Shown here: in pieces, positions 26,527 through 35,546 of the stretch
Position numbering within the stretch: the stretch's first letter is position 1
How the letters are laid out: each line of letters starts with the position of its first letter
NCBI GenBank assembly: GCA_900549055.1
Contig: URNB01000001.1
Location: forward strand, 14,852-78,851
Reading direction: 5' to 3'
DNA from: an uncultured Oscillospiraceae bacterium
GTDB lineage: Bacteria > Bacillota > Clostridia > Oscillospirales > Acutalibacteraceae
Length of the DNA: 64,000 nucleotides
Notes under the pieces: model-generated
Seen by the model: the letters and a program-made list of their open reading frames with translations, nothing else
Databases searched by the model: none
What the model was told of the DNA's origin: nothing
Translations under genes and position numbers: made by a program

Positions 26527-28763
26527 TTTGCTTCCCCCGTTATAAGGTAATTTTTCGCTTCGACCGTTCCGCCGGGCGTTTGCTCCGCTTTGTCCCCGTA
26601 ATTCACATAAACCGAAAGTCCGTTTGAAAAATCGGTTTTACGCAGATCATCCGATAAAACGGTATGTGAAATTATTTCTGCGCCCTTTATTTTTTCGTAA
26701 TAATCCGAGAGCGATAAAGCCTGCGACACAATATCCTCTTTTATATCGGAATACACACTGTTATAAAACAGCGGATATTCCGCAGCAATCATTCTTCTGT
26801 CCCATTTATATATCAGCGTATAGCTTATGCCGCAGCCGCCTTCAACCGCCCCAAGCAGCAGCTCGCTGCAGTCCTCGCTCAAATTGAGACTGCCCGTATA
26901 CATAGGCACATACCCGCCGAATACCATTTGGAAAAACGGAACATCCGTATCGAAAATGCGTTCGGAATCGGAGCGTGTCGGAGCGTCTGTTATAATATCC
27001 GCCAAAACCGCGGCATACGCGTTGGCGCCCGATGCCGCAAGGCGTCTTCCGCCCTTTTTGGCTTTTTTCAGCACCCTTACTGCCGCCTTATCAAAATTAC
27101 TTTTCGCACAGTAATCTCCGACCGACTTATTGCTGTAATTTGAATAGGAAACCGAGGTGAGCGATTCGAGCGAAATACCGTTAAGCTTCATTTCAGCCGC
27201 CGCCGAATCAAGCTTTTCGGCTGCGGAATCAAGCTTTGCGGGATCGAGCAGATAATGCAGGGTGTCGGCGTCCTGCTTACGGACCGCGACATTGTAAAGG
27301 TACTGCTCCGCCTTCTTTTCGCCCGAATTATAGCAGGCGTTTAAGATTGTGGAAAAGCCGCCGCTCGATTTTTTGAAACGAATCAAATCAAAATCCATAT
27401 ACATTCGCGAGCCGTTTTTCTCAAGCGAATTCTGCAATGATATCAGCTGCTTTCGGCTTCCGAACGCCTTTCCGGTCTTAAATCCGCCGCCCACCTTGCC
27501 TATATCCGCCCCGCTTTCGCCGAAGCCCTTCAGAACGGCGTTTATCGGCTGCCCCGTTTTATCCCGGAGATCATTTGTTATCTCCTCTGCCTCTTTAAAG
27601 GTCGTTGCGGCGTAAAGCCTGCTGTAGGGTACTCCGAGAAACGACTCGGTAAGATCAAGTCCGCCCACGATATTGACCGAAAGATATATATCATCGCTCT
27701 TTTTTGTGAGCTTCATTTCCTTTTTCAAATAATCCCTGTAAATATTCGCCATGCCGCTGTAGGTAGCGTTTTCACCCGAAAGCGGGAAATAATCAACCGC
27801 CACAGGCGAGGAAATTCGGTTTTTGCTGAAAACCGTGCTGCTGACCTGCGCTCCGCCCGAAAAAAGGCTGGCAATATGCCCTGTGTAGCCCCTTATATTA
27901 AATGTAGCGTAAACGGCGCTGTAGCCGTATGCCGAGGCGCCCGCGCTCACACTGATGCTTGCGCTTTCCGCACCGTCCGTTATTATCGCGCATATCCCCT
28001 GATTTTCGGAAAATTTCGCGCCGTATACCGGCAGTCTTACGCTTTCGGTGTCAGTCGGCTTTGAAATTGCTTCTATCGTCCTGTCGTATCCGTAGACCTG
28101 CGAAGAATACTGCGTTCCCTGCGCTGATGAGGTTACAGGGCGTATCAGCGCCCCGCTGCCCGACGGCACAAAAAGGTATGTGTCGCGACTGTCGTTTTCT
28201 GCCGAGCAGAAGAACGGTGCGACCGACACGGAAACCACGCGGTTTTCATTCTCAGAAATATTTTTCGGGTTGATTCTTATCTGCATTGAGCTTTCCTTTA
28301 AAATATACTGAACGGGTATCATAAAGCCCGGCTCGTCAAAATAAAACTCAACCAGAAGCGAATCCTTTCCCTTGGCGCACCGCACTCTGCCGTTCTGCAC
28401 GGCACCGGTATATGACAGCGCGTCGGTCACGATATTGGTTTCATAATCGAGATACTTTACGGTGACCGCTGACTTTAGAGCAGGATGCTTTTTTATCGGC
28501 ATACCGTATTCATCGAGCTTCAGCTCCCCGTTATTCGGCGAGCTGAAGTATTTAAGACCCGTCCTCTTATCGGTAAGTATGATTCCCTTTACCCCATCAT
28601 CCCATTCAAGCTTTAAATTCGAATTTTCGGCAATAAGCGTTTCCTCATACGAATAGCTCACTGCATTTCTGTCAAAGCTTTTAGGAGCTTCGGCAGCTTT
28701 TCCGCACGCCGAAAGAGAGATAATAACGGAAAGTGCCGTTAAAAGACTTATTAACTTCTTCAT
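26523..28763 (-). CDS. Large (746-aa) lipoprotein of unknown function, embedded between the two ABC importer halves
   Basis: AGGAG RBS 9 nt before ATG 28763; lipobox LSVIISLSAC; no recognised catalytic motif. Confidence 0.6.
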   Translation of the reverse strand: MKKLISLLTALSVIISLSACGKAAEAPKSFDRNAVSYSYEETLIAENSNLKLEWDDGVKGIILTDKRTGLKYFSSPNNGELKLDEYGMPIKKHPALKSAVTVKYLDYETNIVTDALSYTGAVQNGRVRCAKGKDSLLVEFYFDEPGFMIPVQYILKESSMQIRINPKNISENENRVVSVSVAPFFCSAENDSRDTYLFVPSGSGALIRPVTSSAQGTQYSSQVYGYDRTIEAISKPTDTESVRLPVYGAKFSENQGICAIITDGAESASISVSAGASAYGYSAVYATFNIRGYTGHIASLFSGGAQVSSTVFSKNRISSPVAVDYFPLSGENATYSGMANIYRDYLKKEMKLTKKSDDIYLSVNIVGGLDLTESFLGVPYSRLYAATTFKEAEEITNDLRDKTGQPINAVLKGFGESGADIGKVGGGFKTGKAFGSRKQLISLQNSLEKNGSRMYMDFDLIRFKKSSGGFSTILNACYNSGEKKAEQYLYNVAVRKQDADTLHYLLDPAKLDSAAEKLDSAAAEMKLNGISLESLTSVSYSNYSNKSVGDYCAKSNFDKAAVRVLKKAKKGGRRLAASGANAYAAVLADIITDAPTRSDSERIFDTDVPFFQMVFGGYVPMYTGSLNLSEDCSELLLGAVEGGCGISYTLIYKWDRRMIAAEYPLFYNSVYSDIKEDIVSQALSLSDYYEKIKGAEIISHTVLSDDLRKTDFSNGLSVYVNYGDKAEQTPGGTVEAKNYLITGEAK

Positions 28764-28775
28764 TTCTGTCATCTC

Positions 28776-30875
28776 CTAAAGCGTCAGCAATTCGGAAATT
28801 ACCGTGACGGCAAAGCCCGCAGCCTGCTGGAAAAGAATAATTATCATAACGATAAGGAAGAAAATTATACCTACGCCCAAAAGCGACAAAAAGCTTGAAG
28901 AAAGCATACGTCCGAAGCTGAAATCGTGAATTTTTATTAGTCCGCATATCATAAGCAAGACAAAATAAATGACGGATACAGCGCTTAAGATTGATAAAAA
29001 ATTCGCCTCTGTGGGAAGAAGTACATTTGTCAGAATTACCGTAATAAAGTTTTTGAGGATCAGCGGCAGGAGCGAATAGCAGGTAATTATTATTATTTCC
29101 CGCAGCCTTCCCTTTCCGCCCATAAGCGTGCATACAAACCAGTTTGCGGCAATCCAAAGCACCACTATTCCTATTGTCCGCGCCATTACCCAAAGCGAAT
29201 TGAAGGTTTCAGGATCGTACTGTGTGAAGAGGAAACCGCCGCCGAGCTTTAAAATAATTGCGGAGGCATAAAACAGCAGTGCCAGAATAATGCCAATGCC
29301 GACAGACCCCATACCTTTTTCTTTAACAAGCCCGAAGCTTTCTGACGGGTGTATCATAGTACCGAGCATTAAGCGTATCTCAGGGCTTTTAACCAAATTA
29401 AGGCTTCGTCTTTTGCTTATTACAAACCCCGCGATTATTGCCGCAAAAACCACCGCCGTAAGTGTAAACAGCACCGAAAAGTTATTGCTTATAAACTCGC
29501 TGCGGCTGTATTCAAATGCAACGGCGTACGCTTCCCTGTCGTAGCCCGCCTTTGCATATTTCATAGCCTCTTTATAATTTCCTTCATCAATAGAGGCGTT
29601 CGCCATGCCGCTGTACGCCGCCTGAATGCAATTGTCTTCCTTTAATACCTTCTGCCAGCCCGCCTTTGCCTCGGCGTACTTTCCTTTCATTGTAAGGGCA
29701 TCAAGCCGCTTTACTTCTTTTCCGTAATCGTTTATTTTAAAAACCGTAATATCGTTATTTACGCTGTCGGATACAATTACCCTGTCTCCGTCATCAAGCA
29801 GCGCCATGCCCGAAACATTCACAAAGCTTCCCCTTTGGGTGCCCTCGTGCATTCCTCCGCCGAATGCCGTAATCATTCTGCATTCGCCGTCGTAAAGAAA
29901 GACCTTGCCGAAGACCGATTCCAACGCATATATATAGCCCGAGCCGTCTATTTCGATATTCATAATATCCTGCGAGGCAAACGCGCCGAACGAATAATCG
30001 CGGTTTACGGGAGTATCCGTAAAATTAACATCCTCCGACTCAAGAATGTTCCTGCCTGTTCCGGGGCTTAATTTTCTTATCTGCCCTTTGTTCTGATATC
30101 TCTCGGTTTTACCGTTACAGGTATATATGAAACCGTCGTTATCCGACTTAATATCCACAAAGCTGTAGGGTATGCGGCTTGCTGTATTTGCCCTTTTTGC
30201 ATTGTTCGGGAAGATTCTTCCCATTATATTGCTCATGACCCCTGCGATTCCCGCAGTCACGGTATTTGCGCCGTAAAAGCCTATGAATTTACCGTTTTCG
30301 TCATAAAGCAGCGCTCCGTAATAAGAGCCCTCGCTTAGTATGTAGGTGCAGCCCTTTTCATCTATCGCTATTCTTATTGGGCGGAAATCGAAATTGTCCG
30401 GCAAAAGAGAGGAATCCGGCAGCGTTATTATATTGATAAGCTCACCGCGCAGGGTGCTGTGAAGTATTCTGCTTCCCTCGGTGTCGCAGATGTATATTGT
30501 TTTATCGGTATGTATATAAATGCTCTTGGCATCATCGTAGCTTTCTTTCCCCGAAATTTTATGAATCTCATAAAGAAGACTGTAATTACCGTCAAATACC
30601 GATATCCTTGAGGAGGAGTCAAGCAGATATATCCTTCCGTCGGAATCCGTGCATACATCGTTAAGCTCTTTAAAGGCGGATATGCCGAGCTTTTCCGCGT
30701 TAAGAACCGTATCGCACGAATACATTGCGCGGTTGTATACCTCCTTGCGCTCGTCCCCTATATTATCCCAGTAGGTATAGCTTGCGCACGGAATTTCGGC
30801 AGAGGCTGAAATTACGGAAACCAATGTAACCGCCGCAATCAGCGATGCTGTAATTGTCTTTAATATTCGCTTCAA
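28776..30875 (-). CDS. Surface NHL-repeat beta-propeller plus TPR protein anchored by a C-terminal Yip1-type multi-TM domain
   Basis: AAGGAG RBS 10 nt before TTG start; signal peptide; at least six NHL-like blades (DSDGRIYLLD, DKTIYICD, DEKGCTYIL, DNDGFIYTC, DGSGYIYAL, DDGDRVIVSD); TPR-like segment; five TM helices typical of Yip1/DUF1282. Confidence 0.6.
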   Translation of the reverse strand: MKRILKTITASLIAAVTLVSVISASAEIPCASYTYWDNIGDERKEVYNRAMYSCDTVLNAEKLGISAFKELNDVCTDSDGRIYLLDSSSRISVFDGNYSLLYEIHKISGKESYDDAKSIYIHTDKTIYICDTEGSRILHSTLRGELINIITLPDSSLLPDNFDFRPIRIAIDEKGCTYILSEGSYYGALLYDENGKFIGFYGANTVTAGIAGVMSNIMGRIFPNNAKRANTASRIPYSFVDIKSDNDGFIYTCNGKTERYQNKGQIRKLSPGTGRNILESEDVNFTDTPVNRDYSFGAFASQDIMNIEIDGSGYIYALESVFGKVFLYDGECRMITAFGGGMHEGTQRGSFVNVSGMALLDDGDRVIVSDSVNNDITVFKINDYGKEVKRLDALTMKGKYAEAKAGWQKVLKEDNCIQAAYSGMANASIDEGNYKEAMKYAKAGYDREAYAVAFEYSRSEFISNNFSVLFTLTAVVFAAIIAGFVISKRRSLNLVKSPEIRLMLGTMIHPSESFGLVKEKGMGSVGIGIILALLFYASAIILKLGGGFLFTQYDPETFNSLWVMARTIGIVVLWIAANWFVCTLMGGKGRLREIIIITCYSLLPLILKNFITVILTNVLLPTEANFLSILSAVSVIYFVLLMICGLIKIHDFSFGRMLSSSFLSLLGVGIIFFLIVMIIILFQQAAGFAVTVISELLTL

Positions 30876-30893
30876 GTGGTTTCAGCTCCTTAA

Positions 30894-31808
30894 TTACTCC
30901 TTGATACCGGCACTGCTCATGCCCTCTACCACATTGCTTTGGGTGACAAGATATATAACTATCGGCGGTATCATCATTATAACAGTGATAGCCATACTGC
31001 TGCCGGAACGAGCAATGCCTCCCGCCGTTATTTGGCTTACTATCTGCGGCAGGGTCTTAAGCTGCTCGGTAAACACCGTTCCGTTCGGAACTGACGCCCA
31101 TATGTCCCTGAATGTGAAAAGAAACACGGTAAAGGTTGCCGGCTTTATTATCGGCAGTACGATTGAGAAAAATATGCGGTAGGAATTCGCTCCGTCGATT
31201 TTCGCCGCCTCAAGCAGCGCCTCGGGCAAATACCCCTCGATATACTGCTTAATAAGGAACACTCCGAGTGTTCCTGCCATAGGCGGCAAAAGGTATACCC
31301 AATATGTATCGATCATACGAAGCTTTGAAAATATCAAATATTGCGGCACCGCAAGCGTTGTAGCACTGAACATGAGCGCAAACTGAACTATCCAAAAAAG
31401 CACATTTCTTCCGTAAAAGGTCGCCTTTGAAAGCACAAAAGCGGCCATCGCCGAGACGAGTATATACACAAGCGAGGTTACTACACTTACAAAAATACTG
31501 TTGAATATATACCTTGAAAGCGGAATTTTCAGCGACGCCATAAGCTCCGGCAGCACAAGATAATTTTCAAGCGTGGGTCTGCTCACAAAAAAGCGAGGCG
31601 GAAAAATCATCAGCTCATCAAGCGGCTTAAAGGAGGTGCATACCGCATATACCAGCGGCAGCATTGTGAAAAGTCCGGCGAGGAATATAAGAAAAAAGTT
31701 CATGAAATTACCGAAGCGCGAACGCGTAAAGCGCCTGCTTGCCGGCTTTTCGTGAGCGTTTGCGCGCCCCTTTAAATATTTTTTCAGCGACATTTTCCTC
31801 ACCTTCAT
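30894..31808 (-). CDS. Carbohydrate ABC transporter permease (MalG-like)
   Basis: EAA loop EAAKIDGANSYRIFFSIVLP; multi-TM; 4-nt overlap with the upstream permease. Confidence 0.85.
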   Translation of the reverse strand: MKVRKMSLKKYLKGRANAHEKPASRRFTRSRFGNFMNFFLIFLAGLFTMLPLVYAVCTSFKPLDELMIFPPRFFVSRPTLENYLVLPELMASLKIPLSRYIFNSIFVSVVTSLVYILVSAMAAFVLSKATFYGRNVLFWIVQFALMFSATTLAVPQYLIFSKLRMIDTYWVYLLPPMAGTLGVFLIKQYIEGYLPEALLEAAKIDGANSYRIFFSIVLPIIKPATFTVFLFTFRDIWASVPNGTVFTEQLKTLPQIVSQITAGGIARSGSSMAITVIMMIPPIVIYLVTQSNVVEGMSSAGIKE

Positions 31809-32731
31809 TTCTGCGCCATCTGAAGAATTTTACCCACTATAAGTCTGGTTATGACCATCATCATAAATAAGACCACCGCTATTGCCGAGGCATAGCCGAA
31901 TTCATAGCGAACCGTTGCCACATCGGACATAAGCGATACCACCGTATCTACCGCGTTGCCCTTGCTGGGGTAGCCTGCCAGCGTCACCGCGATTGCACTG
32001 ACCGAAAATGACGCCTGTATCTGCATGACCGCACTGAAAAGCAGCATATGCGACATTGACGGAAGTGTTATGTAACGCAGCTCCTGCCAGCGATTGCGAA
32101 CGCCGTCAATTGAACCTGCCTCATATAAATCTCTGTTTATATTCTGCAGTCCCGAAATATTCGCAAGAAACGAGACACCCATGCTCTGCCACAGCTGAAC
32201 AACAATTATTATCGGCATAAGGTAGGCTTCGTTTTTAAGCCAGGTTATCGGCTCGGTTATTATTCCGAGTGATAAAAGCATACTGTTTATATAGCCGTAG
32301 CTGTCCCCGCTGAAGGCGACCTGCCAAATAAAGTAAGCATTTCCGACAAGCGACGGCGCATAAAACATAAGCGACATAAACGCACGCGCCCCCGGTGAAA
32401 ATTCGTTTACCGCCCAGGCTAAAATAAACGAGAGCAAAAAGCCGAGCGGACCTGCCACTATTGCGAAGACCAAGGTGTTTTTTACCGTAACGGCAAAGGT
32501 CATATCATTTACTATAAGTCTTTTGTAATTGTCTATTCCGTTAAATACCGGAGAAGCTATCAGGTCATACGAGGTAAAGCTTAAGGCAAGGGAAGAGAAT
32601 ATCGGAAGAACCGTAAAAAGAACAAAGAAAATCAAAAACGGCGCAAACATAACAAACATCGGGATATTCTCTTTAAAATTTGCAGCCAATTCATTTTTTC
32701 CGATTTTATTGCGTTTCATAAAATTCTCCAT
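31805..32731 (-). CDS. Carbohydrate ABC transporter permease (MalF-like)
   Basis: GGGAG RBS; EAA loop YEAGSIDGVRNRWQELRYITLP; multi-TM. Confidence 0.85.
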   Translation of the reverse strand: MENFMKRNKIGKNELAANFKENIPMFVMFAPFLIFFVLFTVLPIFSSLALSFTSYDLIASPVFNGIDNYKRLIVNDMTFAVTVKNTLVFAIVAGPLGFLLSFILAWAVNEFSPGARAFMSLMFYAPSLVGNAYFIWQVAFSGDSYGYINSMLLSLGIITEPITWLKNEAYLMPIIIVVQLWQSMGVSFLANISGLQNINRDLYEAGSIDGVRNRWQELRYITLPSMSHMLLFSAVMQIQASFSVSAIAVTLAGYPSKGNAVDTVVSLMSDVATVRYEFGYASAIAVVLFMMMVITRLIVGKILQMAQK

Positions 32732-32751
32732 TCTGCCGCTCCCGCGGGAAA

Positions 32752-35508
32752 TTATCGGTACTCTGCTATTTTGCGTTTAATTTCATCATCCGCGACCCTG
32801 CTCCATTTCACAAGTGCGTCCTTAGTTCTTGAGGTTCCGTTCACCACCGACCAAAACGCCTGATCGACGCAGCGGGTCATATAATAGCTGCCGGGCACCT
32901 CCGGAACCTCTTTAACAAGCGCCCACTCGCTGTTAATGACCTTTTGCACCTCAGGCTTCCACGCAAGGCGCGACAGTGCTTCAACATTTGAGGTGGTTAT
33001 TCTGCCTATCATTCCGAGTATACTCTCTACATTATTGCTGTATCTTTCCTGGGTATCCGCCGAGACCCACCATTTCAAAAATTCCCAGGCGGCCTTTTTA
33101 TTCTTTGATTTCTCGATTATTCCGCAGCCCGTACCCGCGCCCGAAACAAAATTATTTCCGTTTTCGGTTCCGGGAACCTCGGCTACAGTCCATCTGCCCT
33201 CGATTTCTCTCGCCGCCGAATACAGCGTCATATACATTGTGTACGGCGCGATACCGAGCGGCATTGAGCCTACTCTGAAGCGGTTATAAAAATCCGCTTC
33301 CTTGTAGAAATCGTAATCCGTGTAGAACTCCGTCCATTTTTCAAATATCTCAACCGCTTTATCGGAAGTAAGTGCCGTTCCGTCAAGCTCATCGTTATAA
33401 AGACTTAATCCGCTTTGTGTCATGAGCGTCGGGAAGACATTGAGTCCCCCGATTCCCGCATTCACTGTGGTGGAGGAGGTTATCTGCGTATACGGCATAT
33501 AAACGCTCATATTATTACGCTGTATAACCGTGGCTGCCTCTAAAAATTCAGTCCATGTTTTCGGAACGGATAATCCGAGGCTGCCGAATATATCTTCCCT
33601 GTAAAACATTAAAAAGAAGCTCTGCGTATCGGGCAGTGCGTAAAGCGCGTTGCCGTATGCATACGGTGTTTCCGCTCCCGGCTGAAAGCTTTTAAGCACA
33701 TCCGAGCAGTCATCGAACTGTCTGAGATCGCTCAAGGCACCGCGTATCCCGAGGTTTACCGGATCTACCCTTGACATTTGCAGCGATACATCCGGGAAGT
33801 TGCCTGAAAGTATACCGTTAATAAGCGGCGTGTTGACGATTTCAAGCTTGACGCTTATACCCGTTTTTTCGGTGAAGGATTCCTTTATAAGCGAATTCAG
33901 AACCGACGCCTGATCCTGTCCCCAGTTGACCCACAGCCTTACCGTCTCCGAGCCTTCCTTGCTGTCCGATATTGCATAATCAGAGGAAAAAGACACAAAG
34001 AAGCGCTTAAAGCCGTAAACCAACCGCTTAATAATTCCTGCGCTTTTCTCCGCCGCATTTGCCCCGTAGGGAACAATATAAAGCTCGTCAAGCGCAAGCG
34101 GCATATTCACCATATCATAAAGCCATGAGCCTAGCGATGTGTAATTAGTGTAGTAATCCGAAAGGTACTGCTGCGCCGAATAAGGGCTTTTAAGCATTGC
34201 GGCAAGCACGCGCGCCGTGTTTTTCATAGCCGCAGTATACTGCGAGCTGCGGTCGGACGATTCCGAATCGATATCTTCCGCAAGCTTCAGCAGAAGCTCA
34301 CGACATTCCGTCAGCGTTTCGGTAAAATCCGGAATCTGCTTAAAAAGCTCATAATCGCGGTTGGCATCCGGTGTTTCGCCGGTAATCGCAACAATCTTTA
34401 TGTATTCATCGCCGAGCGTATTTACAATTTTTTTCAGTCTCGAAAAATATTCCGACTTATTTCCCGCATTTACTTCGAGCGTCAATGTGTGCGTTCCCTT
34501 ATCAAGATAAAAATAATACGGCTCTTTATCATCCTCGAATGTATAATATTTCCAGGCAGAGCCGTATGGGAAAACCAGCTCTTCCGCTTGAGAAAACGGA
34601 ACGCTGCCGTCAATTTTCAGTCGGCGTACACTCTGCCCGTTAATTAGCTCAGATTGCTTGTAGCGCATATTGAGATAATAATATCCCGCTTCCTTAACCT
34701 CAAAAGTCCACGAAAGGCTTTCAAAGGGCTTCTGCCATGTGCTGCCGCCGATATAATTGATTTTCGATAATGCCGCGTCGGACGGCGTCATACCGGCATC
34801 GCTGTTGTTTGACTTCGGGATTATAGAGCGGCTCGTTTTATCCGTCGCCGATTCCGCATGTATGTTTATAATTTCGGTGTCAAGCTTTTGAAGGCTGTAA
34901 TTACGGCTTACGGTTTTATAGTCGTCACTTTCCGAAATCGGAACCAAAGAAAGTGATGATATCTCTATTCCCTGCTCGGGCGAACGCAGTGTCAGAGTAT
35001 GCTCTCCCGCCTTGATGTCAAAGGCGTAAGGCTCGCTTGCGGCACCCGAATTATCGCAGACAAGCGAGGTGATAAATTCGCCCGTTTCTATCTGCTCGGG
35101 AGCGAATTCATTGCCGAGCGAATCACGCCTCGGCTCATCCGACGCATTTTTCCACAGCCTTTTGAGCACCGTGTTTTCAATTCCCTCAAACGGATATTCA
35201 CCGTCTAACAGTAACCCGATGGCAACATCTGTACCGCTGCCGCAGGGCTTCCATACTATTTTCAGGTTATAGCTGCCGCCGCTTTGCATATTAAATTTAA
35301 AATTCAGATCCCCGACTCCGTCGTTCCATAAAACAGCTCCGTCCTTTTCACTGATACCGGCTCTGTAAACGGCGTTTTTCAAAAGCTCAATGCTGCTCTC
35401 ATAAGCCGCACTCTGCGCCGATACACCTGCGGCAGACGCCGATAAGCACTGCACCGCAAGCAGTGCCGCGGCGGCAAATGAAATTATTCTTTTCGAGAAT
35501 CTGCTCAT
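32752..35508 (-). CDS. Unusually large (918-aa) secreted solute-binding-protein fusion, with an N-terminal tandem beta-sandwich (CBM-like) region of ~480 aa followed by a family-1 SBP
   Basis: Signal peptide MSRFSKRIISFAAAALLAVQCLSASAAG (ATG 35508 preferred over 35532); two repeated beta-sandwich segments; C-terminal half is SBP_bac_1-like (LWVNWGQDQASVLNSLIKESFTEKTGISVKL...). Confidence 0.65.
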   Translation of the reverse strand: MSRFSKRIISFAAAALLAVQCLSASAAGVSAQSAAYESSIELLKNAVYRAGISEKDGAVLWNDGVGDLNFKFNMQSGGSYNLKIVWKPCGSGTDVAIGLLLDGEYPFEGIENTVLKRLWKNASDEPRRDSLGNEFAPEQIETGEFITSLVCDNSGAASEPYAFDIKAGEHTLTLRSPEQGIEISSLSLVPISESDDYKTVSRNYSLQKLDTEIINIHAESATDKTSRSIIPKSNNSDAGMTPSDAALSKINYIGGSTWQKPFESLSWTFEVKEAGYYYLNMRYKQSELINGQSVRRLKIDGSVPFSQAEELVFPYGSAWKYYTFEDDKEPYYFYLDKGTHTLTLEVNAGNKSEYFSRLKKIVNTLGDEYIKIVAITGETPDANRDYELFKQIPDFTETLTECRELLLKLAEDIDSESSDRSSQYTAAMKNTARVLAAMLKSPYSAQQYLSDYYTNYTSLGSWLYDMVNMPLALDELYIVPYGANAAEKSAGIIKRLVYGFKRFFVSFSSDYAISDSKEGSETVRLWVNWGQDQASVLNSLIKESFTEKTGISVKLEIVNTPLINGILSGNFPDVSLQMSRVDPVNLGIRGALSDLRQFDDCSDVLKSFQPGAETPYAYGNALYALPDTQSFFLMFYREDIFGSLGLSVPKTWTEFLEAATVIQRNNMSVYMPYTQITSSTTVNAGIGGLNVFPTLMTQSGLSLYNDELDGTALTSDKAVEIFEKWTEFYTDYDFYKEADFYNRFRVGSMPLGIAPYTMYMTLYSAAREIEGRWTVAEVPGTENGNNFVSGAGTGCGIIEKSKNKKAAWEFLKWWVSADTQERYSNNVESILGMIGRITTSNVEALSRLAWKPEVQKVINSEWALVKEVPEVPGSYYMTRCVDQAFWSVVNGTSRTKDALVKWSRVADDEIKRKIAEYR

Positions 35509-35546
35509 ATAATTCAAACCTTTCAGGGGCATAAGGTGTTTTTTCT

